From an uncultured Planctomycetaceae bacterium (GTDB lineage Bacteria; Planctomycetota; Phycisphaerae; Sedimentisphaerales; UBA12454), in NCBI GenBank assembly GCA_964492875.1, contig CAZBLD010000002.1, positions 5,579-69,578 of the forward strand: DNA of 64,000 bases. Reading direction: 5' to 3'. Positions 22,143 to 31,808 of the stretch are shown piece by piece. The translations under genes and the position numbers were made by a program. The notes under the pieces are model-generated. The model was given only the letters and a program-made list of their open reading frames with translations. It had not been told where the DNA came from and did not search any database. Numbering within the stretch: the first letter of the stretch is position 1; each line of letters begins with the position of its first letter.

Positions 22143-22693
22143 CTCAAAAACCCTCAAAATAAAATTTAAAAACTTTCGCCGGAAACCCGGCCAATACTTC
22201 CGAATCCTCAAAGATTCAGAACACTATATGCCAATTTTGTTAAATAATGCTGCAAAATAAGAGATGACTTTAACGGCAGGTCGTTTCATAAACAGACAGC
22301 AATAAAATGCACCTCAGCTATTTCATCAGCCTATAACGCAAATATTTACCGGCACAATAGTACTATCCTTGACTTTCTATAGCAACAAATATTTTTTATA
22401 TTTACCTTTTTTCAGATAATTTAAGAATCTTTGGCAGTTTAGATGAGTATTTAGCGACTTAAAACATCTTTTTTGTTTGTTTAAATTGTCTGATTTGTCC
22501 TTTATGGGTTGTAATATTTCGGTTCAATTTTAAGCCAGTTGTCAGCAAACTCGGCAAAATCAAGCCAATTTACCATACCGTCAGCGACAATATTGATATC
22601 TGCATTAACCTCGAGCCAGTTAGATATAATCTGATAAAGGTCTGAAGTGCTGAACAAATGGCGGACACTCGATGATTAAAATTATGCTACCTG

Positions 22694-23773
22694 TTACAGT
22701 GATTTATCTACAAGCCAATTCTGGGCAAAAAAAGCAAAATCAATCATGTCCACATCGCCGTCAGGTTCAAAGTCTGCACCGTTGCAGAAATTATTTTCAC
22801 TCTCACAATCCGTCCGTAACCACTGATTGGCAATCTCGACAAGGTCGAGCATATCGACTTTGCAATCGCCGTTGAGGTCTCCCTGCACCGGCCCCGGCCC
22901 ATTACAGTCAGCAGTGGTTATTGTTTGAATCCATACGGCATAAGAGCTTACGCGCACGGCATCCATACCGTCAGGATGTGCATGGGACTTTGGGTCTAAT
23001 GGGTCGCGATACCAGCTTTCTCCCTCAGCCGGCCAGGGGTCGCCGTGCGCTTCTACTCCGCGCGTAAGACCGGCTGTCTCCCAGACTGTCCCGACTTTTA
23101 TGAACCATCCGCCGCCGGAATCATACTCGGCAGGAATTCCTTCATATAGAGTATCGCCAGGATCATTAAAATGAGCAGTAATTACTTCAGATGTCCATGT
23201 GCCGGTGACTACATCATTTCCATCTATAATATTCGTACACCATCGCTGCGTGTTATTGTTGTAATTGACTCCTGTGCCCCAGGTATACCCATAAACTCTG
23301 GGTGGAGAGCCGCCATAGAGAGTTGTTTCTCGCCCTCGGCCGTAGCCGCCAATACGGATATTCTGAGTAACCTCATTGGTGTTTGTATATGGAGGTGCAT
23401 AGGCAAGATTAGGGTCTGAGCCATCGGTATTTTTGAGACGGATGAGACGAATGTCGGCATTGCCGGCTGGGCCGCCGGTCCAGTAAGTGGTGTTATAGAT
23501 ACAATTGTAGGTAACACCATTAACATCTACTGTTGCCGGGCTGGTACCCTGGTGGCGAGTGGTAAGAATCCATTTAGGGGAAACGACCACAAATGAGGCG
23601 TTAGTGCTCCATCTTCCCACGACGGCATTTGCCGGCTTATCTGTCCAAGTCAGTAAGTTTGGCTCTCCGCCCTCGTGCAGAATAATGCTTAGACCCGTAG
23701 TCGGTGTCAGCAGCACCAATACACATAAGCATATGCAGTGCCAAGCGTTATAGCCATGCCCATGCTTCATCAA
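22694..23773 (-). CDS. Secreted trypsin-like (S1) serine protease with C-terminal dockerin-like repeats
   Basis: WILTTRH (His), ADIRL (Asp), YDSGGG (Ser); GDLNGDCKVDMLDL and DFEPDGDVDMIDF. Confidence 0.8.
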   Translation of the reverse strand: MMKHGHGYNAWHCICLCVLVLLTPTTGLSIILHEGGEPNLLTWTDKPANAVVGRWSTNASFVVVSPKWILTTRHQGTSPATVDVNGVTYNCIYNTTYWTGGPAGNADIRLIRLKNTDGSDPNLAYAPPYTNTNEVTQNIRIGGYGRGRETTLYGGSPPRVYGYTWGTGVNYNNNTQRWCTNIIDGNDVVTGTWTSEVITAHFNDPGDTLYEGIPAEYDSGGGWFIKVGTVWETAGLTRGVEAHGDPWPAEGESWYRDPLDPKSHAHPDGMDAVRVSSYAVWIQTITTADCNGPGPVQGDLNGDCKVDMLDLVEIANQWLRTDCESENNFCNGADFEPDGDVDMIDFAFFAQNWLVDKSL

Positions 23774-23788
23774 ACCACACCCTCCTTT

Positions 23789-24097
23789 TTATGACCTATA
23801 AAAAAAGTATTGTATCAGCTGGGATTTCCCATATAACATTGCGTGTCCTTGCTCAGCTATGCTGCTGAGCCTTATATTCCAATAGAATATCAAACCTATT
23901 CTTGAAAAAGTCGTCAATCCAAGGATCTCAACAACCCTGATATTTACCCCCTCGCCGGTGATGCCGAGTTGATGAACTGCCTGAGCATTTGAGCCGCCCT
24001 CTGCCGTCGAACCGGCCAATCCGTAAACGCTGCCGCAAAAAACCGCTAACAACAGCAATGTTATCAGACCATGCCTATATACAGACACCTTCTTCAC
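23789..24097 (-). pseudogene. Probable truncated secreted subtilase (S8) N-terminus
   Basis: Signal peptide then AVHQLGITGEGVNI (the TGxGV lead-in to the catalytic Asp); similarity stops abruptly near 23939. Confidence 0.5.
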
Positions 24098-24157
24098 TAC
24101 CTCGCTTCCACGTGAAAAATTATAGCAGAAAACGCCCTAAAAATCAATGCAGATTTA

Positions 24158-24262
24158 CCCCCACACCAATTCATATTGTGGCAACAAGACCTGAAAAAAC
24201 ATTCAAAAACCACTTTGGCGGGTTTTCAAAATGTTCAATCAACGTGTGAATTGGTGTGGGGG
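24158..24262. mobile_element. MITE copy 2, 105 bp, TTTA target duplication
   Basis: cccccacaccaatt/aattggtgtggggg TIR; TTTA at 24154-57 and 24263-66; interior homologous to copy 1. Confidence 0.85.
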
Positions 24263-24263
24263 T

Positions 24264-24827
24264 TTATTCTTCCGGCTGTTTAAGCTCCTCTGCCTTTGGA
24301 AGGTCTTTTAGGTCATTTAACCCGAATACTTCGAGAAACTTTTTTGTTGTGCCGTAAAGAAGCGGTCTGCCGAGGATTTCCGCCTTGCCGACAATCTTGA
24401 CAAAACCTTTATACATCAGCGAGCGAATCAGCTCACCGCAGGCAACGCCTCGAATCCCCTCGACATCAGCTCTTATTACCGGCTGTTTGTAGGCAATGAT
24501 GGCAAGAGTCTCTAATGCGGCAGGAGTCAGCTTATTATCTCCTCGCTGGCGCAAAAGTTTTTTAAGCCAGCTATTATAATCAGGCAGCGTCATCATCTGG
24601 AAGCCGCCGGCAATCTCCTCTATTCTGAATGAGCGGCCGCTCTGGCGGTACTGCTCATTGAGCATTTCAATACATTTTTTAACCTGTTTTACACCGCCGT
24701 TGAGTTCGGCAATGGCAACAAGTCTTTCAGCCGACAGCGGCTCATCAGAAGCAAAAAGTATCGCCTCAACTACCGATTCAGTAGTTATCTGTTGTGATAG
24801 GGTATTCTGCTGAAATTCTTCGCTCAT
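24264..24827 (-). CDS. scpB: SMC-Scp complex subunit ScpB
   Basis: VEAILFASDEP, AALETLAIIAYKQP, GRPLLYGTT..FL..FGL; ATGA overlap with the nif3 stop. Confidence 0.95.
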   Translation of the reverse strand: MSEEFQQNTLSQQITTESVVEAILFASDEPLSAERLVAIAELNGGVKQVKKCIEMLNEQYRQSGRSFRIEEIAGGFQMMTLPDYNSWLKKLLRQRGDNKLTPAALETLAIIAYKQPVIRADVEGIRGVACGELIRSLMYKGFVKIVGKAEILGRPLLYGTTKKFLEVFGLNDLKDLPKAEELKQPEE

Positions 24828-25942
24828 ACCTTCGTCCATTCAAAGGGGTCTTTGTCTTTTTTGCTGATGATGATTTTAACATTTTTTAAGCTTTTTTGTA
24901 GCTCTTTTGCAACTTTTTTGAGTATAAATCTTTCCGAAATAGTATGACTCAGACATACAACCGTAACTCCTGCCTCCTGCGCTGCAAGTGCCTGATGATG
25001 CTTTATCTCGCCGGTTACGTAGAGGTCGCACTTTTCAGAAATAACATTTAATATAAGTTTGCCGCAGGAGCCGGCACAAACGGCTGCCTTTTTCACCTTC
25101 CGATTTTTGTTTCCGACAATACCAGCAGCTTTAGCGCCGGTAATTCTCTTTATTTTTTTAAGTATCGCACTCAACTGCGCCGGCTTTTTGAGAAATCCTA
25201 TCCTGCCAAGGCCGGTTTTACCCTCAAAATCATATAACTTGATAACATCAAAAGCGGGTATCTCATACGGATGCACGCTCCTCATCGCCTCTACAACGTC
25301 CGCAACCTTTTCAGCAGGAACAATTGACTCAAATCTGATTTCATCGACTTTTTCAAGTCTGCCCTTTTTGCCGATTGCAGGCCTTGAGCCTTCAAGAGGC
25401 AGAAATGTACCTGTCCCGGATGAGCGGAAACTGCAATGGCTGTAATTGCCAATCCAGCCGGCGCCTGCTTTAAAAACCGCATCAGCAACTTTTTCAAGCG
25501 AATCGGCAGGCACAAAAACAATGAGCTTATAATTCTGCTTTTGCAGATTTTCCACAAAATCGCCAATCGGCTCAGGGTCCTTTATCCCGACTATTTCTGC
25601 CAAAGCATCATTTATTCCCCCTGCCACTGCATCAAGTGCGGTATGCATCGAATAAACAGAAATTCCCAAACGGACAAGCTCATAAGTAACTGAATCACTG
25701 GTAACGCTTTTTAGACCGTCCCATATAACAGGATGATAACTCAATACAAAATTACAACCGGTCTGCTTCGCTTCTTTTACTACTTCCGGCGTTACGTCAA
25801 TCGTCAGCAGGATTTTTTTTACTACCGATTCGCTATCACCAACAAGTAAACCCGTATTGTCCCAGCCTTGTGCAAGCTTCGGCGGAGCAATTTTTTCAAT
25901 CTGTTTTATAACATCCTTTATTTTTGATTTTTGATTTGTCAT
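24824..25942 (-). CDS. Nif3-like dinuclear metal-centre protein with PII-like insert (YqfO type)
   Basis: WDNTGLLVG, YHP, SMHTALD, GNYSHCSF, HPYEIPAFD, TGEIKHH, HTISE. Confidence 0.92.
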   Translation of the reverse strand: MTNQKSKIKDVIKQIEKIAPPKLAQGWDNTGLLVGDSESVVKKILLTIDVTPEVVKEAKQTGCNFVLSYHPVIWDGLKSVTSDSVTYELVRLGISVYSMHTALDAVAGGINDALAEIVGIKDPEPIGDFVENLQKQNYKLIVFVPADSLEKVADAVFKAGAGWIGNYSHCSFRSSGTGTFLPLEGSRPAIGKKGRLEKVDEIRFESIVPAEKVADVVEAMRSVHPYEIPAFDVIKLYDFEGKTGLGRIGFLKKPAQLSAILKKIKRITGAKAAGIVGNKNRKVKKAAVCAGSCGKLILNVISEKCDLYVTGEIKHHQALAAQEAGVTVVCLSHTISERFILKKVAKELQKSLKNVKIIISKKDKDPFEWTKV

Positions 25943-25964
25943 TTTGCTTTTCAATTTTTGATTT

Positions 25965-26825
25965 TTAATTTCTTACCAGTCCAACTTTCTTATTAAAATG
26001 CTCGGTATAAATAGCGGCTATTTTCTTTGTCATCGCTCCTGGTTTTGAATTTCCGACATTATGCGCTTCAATCCCTATCACCGGCATAACCTGCATTATA
26101 ACATTTGTAATAAAAACTTCATCGGCTCCGAGCAAGTCGTCGATTGTAAGCTCTTTTTCTTCTGTCTTTATGGAATTTTTGCCGGCAAGACTTAAAACGG
26201 TCTTTCTTGCAATGCCCGGCAGAATACCGGTCTTCAACGAAGGCGTATAAACAACCGAATCTTTTACGATAAATACATTGCTCACACACCCTTCGCCAAG
26301 TTGGCCTTCGGTTGTGAACCACAATGCCTCCGCAGCACGTTTCTGATGAGCGATGCTCAAGGCAAATATTCTCGAAAAATAGCTCGTTGTTTTATGGCCG
26401 GCCAGTACATCCTGCGGATTCTGCCTGTATGAATTTAAAATAACCATTATGCCTTTATCATAATAACTTTTCGGATAAGGCTCGAAATTAACTGCTGTGA
26501 TAAGCAAAGTCGGCTCAGTCTTTTCCGCGTTAACCATCCCGCTTGTGGCAGTCAGACGGATTCTGGCTTCTTTAAGCTCATTGGCATTTAAAGTCTCGTA
26601 TACTGCATCAGCAGTAAATTTTTTGTCCCCTCGAAGATTGATATTCAGTTTATCAGCACTGGCAAAGAATCTGTCGAGATGGTCATCGAGCGCAAAAACA
26701 ACGCCATTTGAAGCCCTCATCGTCTCAAAAAGTCCCGCACCATACAAAAATCCGCCGTCAGCACAGCTTATAAAAGCCTGCGAAGAATCTACTATATCGT
26801 CGTTAAAAAAAACCTTCTGTGCCAT
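25965..26825 (-). CDS. Class IV aminotransferase, likely 4-amino-4-deoxychorismate lyase
   Basis: GAGLFETMR, HKTTSY, EGCVSNVF, LPGIAR; directly follows pabB. Confidence 0.8.
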   Translation of the reverse strand: MAQKVFFNDDIVDSSQAFISCADGGFLYGAGLFETMRASNGVVFALDDHLDRFFASADKLNINLRGDKKFTADAVYETLNANELKEARIRLTATSGMVNAEKTEPTLLITAVNFEPYPKSYYDKGIMVILNSYRQNPQDVLAGHKTTSYFSRIFALSIAHQKRAAEALWFTTEGQLGEGCVSNVFIVKDSVVYTPSLKTGILPGIARKTVLSLAGKNSIKTEEKELTIDDLLGADEVFITNVIMQVMPVIGIEAHNVGNSKPGAMTKKIAAIYTEHFNKKVGLVRN

Positions 26826-28231
26826 TATTCTTCCTGAACCGCCTTTATGCCGGCGAGTAATGCCTTTGCCTTAATCAGCGTTTCATCCCATTCGGATTGC
26901 GCATCGGAGTCTGCGACGATTCCGCCGCCGGTCTGAGCATAAGCAATATTATCGCGTATGATAATTGTTCTTATCGCGATATTCAAGCAGGCATTGCCTT
27001 TTAAATCCATCCAGCCAATCGAGCCTGTATAAAGACCCCTTGCTGTCGGCTCAAGTTCATTTATTATCTTCATCGCACTAATCTTCGGCGCTCCGCTAAT
27101 CGAACCGCCGGGGAAAATCGCCGCCAGAATATCAACAAAATCAATTCCCTCTCTTAATCTGCCTTGTATCGTCGCAACTGCGTGGAAAACCGTAGCAAAG
27201 GCCTCTATATCGCGTCTCTTGGCAACTTTAATCGTTCCGTAAGAACAAATCCTGCCCAAATCGTTGCGCTCAAGGTCGATTATCATATCGAGTTCTGCCT
27301 TTTCCTTTTCGCTTCCGACAAGGTCGCTGTAATTTTTCTCATCTATAGCACTGTTTAATGTCCTCGGCCTTGTCCCTTTAATCGGGCAGGTTGAGATAAC
27401 ACCGTTACTTATACTGATAAAAAGCTCCGGCGAAGCGCTTACGATTTTGTAATCGCCGGCGTCGATATATGCCGAATAGGGGCTGGGATTGAACTTGTTT
27501 TGCCATAGAAAAAGTTTGTATGGCTTTGCAGAAAATTCATCGCTGAACCGCTGCGAAAAATTTATCTGATAAACCTCGCCGTCATAAATATATCTTTTTA
27601 TCTCCGCAATCGCATCAAGGTAATAACCTTTCGTCACATTGGAGCCAAATCCGCTGATGTCGAAACTATCGCAAGGTTTTAAAAGTATCGAATCTTCGCT
27701 GTCTGCTGCCTGATTTAGAATATCCTTAAGCTGCGATATTTTTTCTTCGCCGCTTTTTGTATCCTCCGGCAGTTCAACTGCAAATAGATAAAAGCAATTC
27801 TGTAAATGGTCGAAGCAGATAACTTTGTCATAGAAACATAGCCTGATTAAGGGCAATTCCGCATCGTCACAGCCGCAGACAGGCACATTTTCAATAAATC
27901 TGTTAAGGTCATAGCTGAAAAAACCGACCCAGCCGCCTGTAAAAACTCCTTCGATACCTTCCTTAAGAGAATACCTTTTTAAAACCGCCCTTAATTTTTC
28001 AAATGGTTCTTTATCATTGCTGAATAACTCAAAAACCTCCACAGGTTCCGCAGCAAAATAACTGTATCGGTTTCTTTCGGAATTCAGGTTTGACCCGCCG
28101 AGAATTGCAGGATTAGGAAGGGACGCAAAATACTTCGACAGTTTCCATGGCTCAATCTTCGCTGATATTCTTTCCCAAACCAGCCGGCAATGCTTTACAA
28201 AGACATTTTGAGCAGTAGAAACTGCCATCAC
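26825..28231 (-). CDS. pabB: Aminodeoxychorismate synthase component I
   Basis: GEVYQINFSQ, PSPYSAY, SASPELF, PIKGTRPR, EKAELDMIIDLERNDLG, FPGGSISGAPK. Confidence 0.88.
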   Translation of the reverse strand: MMAVSTAQNVFVKHCRLVWERISAKIEPWKLSKYFASLPNPAILGGSNLNSERNRYSYFAAEPVEVFELFSNDKEPFEKLRAVLKRYSLKEGIEGVFTGGWVGFFSYDLNRFIENVPVCGCDDAELPLIRLCFYDKVICFDHLQNCFYLFAVELPEDTKSGEEKISQLKDILNQAADSEDSILLKPCDSFDISGFGSNVTKGYYLDAIAEIKRYIYDGEVYQINFSQRFSDEFSAKPYKLFLWQNKFNPSPYSAYIDAGDYKIVSASPELFISISNGVISTCPIKGTRPRTLNSAIDEKNYSDLVGSEKEKAELDMIIDLERNDLGRICSYGTIKVAKRRDIEAFATVFHAVATIQGRLREGIDFVDILAAIFPGGSISGAPKISAMKIINELEPTARGLYTGSIGWMDLKGNACLNIAIRTIIIRDNIAYAQTGGGIVADSDAQSEWDETLIKAKALLAGIKAVQEE

Positions 28232-29316
28232 AGACTTTCAAGACGAAGTTTTTTGTCGTATTCAATCAGACCGGATATCAGCTCATCCATATCGCCTGCC
28301 ATAATTTTTTCGAGATTGTAAAGCGATAGATTAACCCGGTGGTCCGTAACGCGGTTTTGCGGAAAATTATAAGTCCTTATTTTTTCGGAGCGGTCGCCTG
28401 AGCCTATCATCGTTTTTCGTGTTTTGTCGCGCTTTGCACGTTCAATGCTCTGAAAATGCTCATAGACCCTGCTCCGCAGCAGTCGCCAGGCCTTTGTGCG
28501 GTTTTTGTGCTGGCTTCTATCGTCGCGCATATTTACTGTTATGCCGGTCGGTTTATGTTCGAGCCTGACGGCACTGCTAATCTTGTTGACGCCCTGTCCG
28601 CCGGGGCCGCCTGCCCGGCTGATATGTTCGACAACATCATCAGGATTTATTTGAACATCCAGCTCCGCCGGCTCAGGCAATACGGCCACTGTAACCGCAG
28701 ATGTATGTATCCTGCCCTGCGTTTCGGTCTCGGGAACTCGCTGAACACGATGGCATCCGCCTTCATAGCCAAGATGTGCCCATACGCCGGGGCCTTTTAC
28801 GTTGAATATAACTTCGCGAAAACCGCCGAGTTCACTTGCGCTGAAATCAAGCAGTTCAACCTTCCATTTCTGCTTGTCCGCATAGTGAACATACATATCG
28901 TACAAATCGCGCGCAAACAGTGCCGCCTCATCACCGCCCGTGCCAGCCCGTATTTCCATTATGACTGAGCCTACTGCCGCATCGTCAGACATTACAAGCG
29001 AATCTTTTATCTGCTCAAAAAGCATCTGCCTTTTTTCTTCAAGCTGTTTGAGTTCCTCGGCAGCAAGGGTTTTCAGGTCGGCTTCAGCTTTGCTATCGTT
29101 CAAAATCACGCTGGTTTGCTCAATGTCCGAAAGCAGCTTTTTATAACTGCGGTACTTTGTAACAACCGGTTTGAGTCTGCCTTGCTCCTTTGTAAGAGGA
29201 ACGAGTTTTGTCGAATCTGTGGAAATAGCAGGGTCGTGAAGCTGACCCTCAACTTCAGCATATCGGCCGTCAAGTTCATCAAGTTTCTTTATAAGTGTTG
29301 ACTCTGTTTCGTCCAT
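28228..29316 (-). CDS. prfA: Peptide chain release factor 1
   Basis: EIRAGTGG, VPET (PxT), GGPGGQ, RTYNFPQNRVTDHR; track start 29334 is also possible. Confidence 0.96.
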   Translation of the reverse strand: MDETESTLIKKLDELDGRYAEVEGQLHDPAISTDSTKLVPLTKEQGRLKPVVTKYRSYKKLLSDIEQTSVILNDSKAEADLKTLAAEELKQLEEKRQMLFEQIKDSLVMSDDAAVGSVIMEIRAGTGGDEAALFARDLYDMYVHYADKQKWKVELLDFSASELGGFREVIFNVKGPGVWAHLGYEGGCHRVQRVPETETQGRIHTSAVTVAVLPEPAELDVQINPDDVVEHISRAGGPGGQGVNKISSAVRLEHKPTGITVNMRDDRSQHKNRTKAWRLLRSRVYEHFQSIERAKRDKTRKTMIGSGDRSEKIRTYNFPQNRVTDHRVNLSLYNLEKIMAGDMDELISGLIEYDKKLRLESL

Positions 29317-29402
29317 AATCCTAAACACCCGCAAAAAAATTACGCTGTTGGTACATAATCTGTCTGACTAAGCCCAACAGCGTAATTTGTAAACAAAAAA
29401 AT

Positions 29403-29651
29403 CTACTTTTCTTTCTTTTGTGCCTTTTCGTCCTTTTGTGCCCCTTCGATATAGCTTTGGCCGTATTTCTTCTGGAAGCGTTCGATTCGCCCCGCCGTAT
29501 CGACAAACTTATGTTTGCCGGTATAGAACGGATGGCACATCGAGCATATTTCAGCGTGGATTTCCTTTACGGTGCTGCGGGTCTCGAAGGTGTTGCCGCA
29601 GCCGCATTTAACTTTCACCGTCTGATATTTCGGATGTATGTCCTTTTTCAT
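29403..29651 (-). CDS. rpmE: 50S ribosomal protein L31, Zn-binding type
   Basis: [13 protein letters not shown]...[16 protein letters not shown]. Confidence 0.97.
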   Translation of the reverse strand: MKKDIHPKYQTVKVKCGCGNTFETRSTVKEIHAEICSMCHPFYTGKHKFVDTAGRIERFQKKYGQSYIEGAQKDEKAQKKEK

Positions 29652-29735
29652 TTCTTTTTACCTTAAAATGTAGAATACAATATTATATCGGCTTTCTTAA
29701 GTAATGCAAGAAGTTTATGAAATACCTCTAAGGCA

Positions 29736-30584
29736 CTAAGTGGCCGTCTTTTCTCTTACCAGTCTGGCAAATTCATTTATCAGCAATTTTGTAAATTTGC
29801 CGCACCTGCCGCCTGAAATCTCTATTTCGTTAAACTTTACTACCGGCACGATATCCTTACTCGATACTGCGATAAAAAGTTCATCAGCTTTTGTCGAATC
29901 CTGAACTTTTATTTGTTTTTCCTGGACATCAAGGCCGACATTCTTACGAATATCGAGTACAAATTGTCGTGTTATTGACGGCAGGATATTTGCAGTCAAT
30001 GGTGCTGTCTGAAGCACATTTGCGAAAATTGCAAAAAATGCGCTGGATGCTCCTTCGGTTATACAGCCCTTTTCATCGACAAATATCGCTTCCTGACAGC
30101 CTCTTTTTTGCGCTTTGCGTCTGGCAAGCACATTTGGCAGAAGGTTCAGCGACTTGATATCGCATCTCTTCCATCTCGTATCGGGAACGGTTATTACCGA
30201 GACACCCTTGTTTTTTTGTTCGCGCCGGTCCTCAATCTTTGTAATCAGAAGAAGAAACCTCGGCTCAAGACCTTGTGCAGCGTGGTCTCTGGGTCCTGCT
30301 CCCCTTGTAATATGAAAATAAATCTTTGCATCAGCAATCTCGCTCTTCTGATATGCACATATAATCTTATCGCGGACAGCGTCAATATCAACGCCTTCTA
30401 TCTCAATCTCCGCCAGACTTCTTTTGAACCTTGTCAGATGTTCTTCGAGTGCAAAGATTCTGCCGTCATAGCTTCGCAGAACCTCATAAACGCCGTCGCC
30501 GAAAAACATCCCATAGTCAAGATATGCAGAGTCGATTCTTTCCGCCTCGACCAGTTGGTCTCCAATCATAGCAAGCTGCATCAT
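29736..30584 (-). CDS. Class IV aminotransferase (D-amino acid aminotransferase-like)
   Basis: FGDGVYEV, RWKRCDIKSLNLL, EGASS, ILPSITR. Confidence 0.85.
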   Translation of the reverse strand: MMQLAMIGDQLVEAERIDSAYLDYGMFFGDGVYEVLRSYDGRIFALEEHLTRFKRSLAEIEIEGVDIDAVRDKIICAYQKSEIADAKIYFHITRGAGPRDHAAQGLEPRFLLLITKIEDRREQKNKGVSVITVPDTRWKRCDIKSLNLLPNVLARRKAQKRGCQEAIFVDEKGCITEGASSAFFAIFANVLQTAPLTANILPSITRQFVLDIRKNVGLDVQEKQIKVQDSTKADELFIAVSSKDIVPVVKFNEIEISGGRCGKFTKLLINEFARLVREKTAT

Positions 30585-30598
30585 ACAAATCCTTTTAT

Positions 30599-30745
30599 AA
30601 AATCCTAAACTCTAATTTCTAAATCCTAAACAAATCCTAATAACTAAAATTCAAATTACCAAACCTTACTCATCTGCCGTTTTGAACATTGATATTTGGT
30701 ACTTTGAACTTGTTTAGAGTTTAGGATTTAGTGCTTAGAAATTTT
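30599..30745. repeat. Imperfect inverted repeat built of degenerate heptamers (aaatcct/aggattt type)
   Basis: Left arm aaatcctaaactctaa... mirrored by ...ttagagtttaggattt. Confidence 0.7.
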
Positions 30746-30766
30746 TGTTCTGCTCTATTTAACTTC

Positions 30767-31075
30767 TCAAAGAAGCTTATCATCCTTGTTCTGCTCGTCT
30801 TCGTCATCGACCTTCCATTTTTCGCTTTCGTCGATATCGCCGATTTCTCGTTCCATATACTTCAGGAGTTTATTCTGCAGCGGGGCAAATTTTTCCTGCC
30901 ACCGCTGCATTCCGCGATACATCGCTGCTATCATATCCAGCCTGATTAGCTGCCACTTTGCGATGCATTCAGGCTCCTTGATATTGACAAACGGGTCGCA
31001 CTTAAATGTCCTGCGGTTATCAGGACCCATTTCGCAGAACTCACAGTCTTTGCACTGAATCATTTTAACTCCCAA
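30767..31075 (-). CDS. Cys-rich hypothetical protein
   Basis: CKDCEFC...C...C followed by an amphipathic helix and acidic tail. Confidence 0.7.
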   Translation of the reverse strand: MGVKMIQCKDCEFCEMGPDNRRTFKCDPFVNIKEPECIAKWQLIRLDMIAAMYRGMQRWQEKFAPLQNKLLKYMEREIGDIDESEKWKVDDEDEQNKDDKLL

Positions 31076-31186
31076 AAAACAAAAAATTATGTAAAACCGA
31101 CTCTTGCAAACTTGAATGATACCATATATCTTATCCGTTTAAAAGCTTTTAGAAAAGCATAAAAATCACCGTATATGGAGCACATA

Positions 31187-31267
31187 ATGAGCAAATCCAG
31201 GCGAAGGCGCAAGGTTGGCAGCAAGAAAAGGCATCAGAAGTGGAAAATCAGGCATCATAAGCAGTAA
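31187..31267 (+). CDS. 26-aa basic peptide, bS22/mS38-like small ribosomal protein candidate
   Basis: GGAG RBS, MSKSRRRRKVGSKKRHQKWKIRHHKQ; below the ORF-track cutoff. Confidence 0.6.
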   Translation: MSKSRRRRKVGSKKRHQKWKIRHHKQ

Positions 31268-31502
31268 CAGATGAACTTTTGATTTTGATGCATTTTCTGC
31301 TTTCCTGCTTTATGGATATTCTAATGCCTGACCAATGGTTTGAATTCCTCACAGAAGGAAAGATGCTTATATCTCGCCTACGGCAGATAAACTCTGGGGT
31401 AGGGCCAACACTAAAATTTATCCGCATAAGGCGAAACTCAAAAAATTTTTGTGCCTTTGTAGCTATCTTTCTCTTCTTTGTCCGAATAAGCAAAAATGCG
31501 CA

Positions 31503-31534
31503 ATCCGCCTTCGCTGAAAGCTACGGCGGACAAG
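31503..31534 (+). repeat. Family A REP-like palindrome
   Basis: atccgccttcgctgaaagctacggcggacaag. Confidence 0.8.
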
Positions 31535-31808
31535 GTTTTTCAACCAAATGCGCAAGAAAAAACTTGCGCGCTTTGGAAAAATTAAAAATTTTTTCTCCAT
31601 ATCTGACAGACACTTACAAATCCAGCATTCAGAATTTTTGACGAAATTTCGTCAAAAACGCGCAAGTTTTTCCTTATATATGAAGGCACATATATAAGGA
31701 AATTCCAGACATCAAAAAACAATAACCAAACAATGGTCAATACCCAATTGGTCATTGGTGATTGGAATTTATTTGGAATTTGTATCTTGGTTATTGGTTA
31801 TTTTCACT

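Noticed and set aside
31279-31641. 120-aa ORF
   Set aside because: Composed of repeat and palindrome sequence with no RBS or motif
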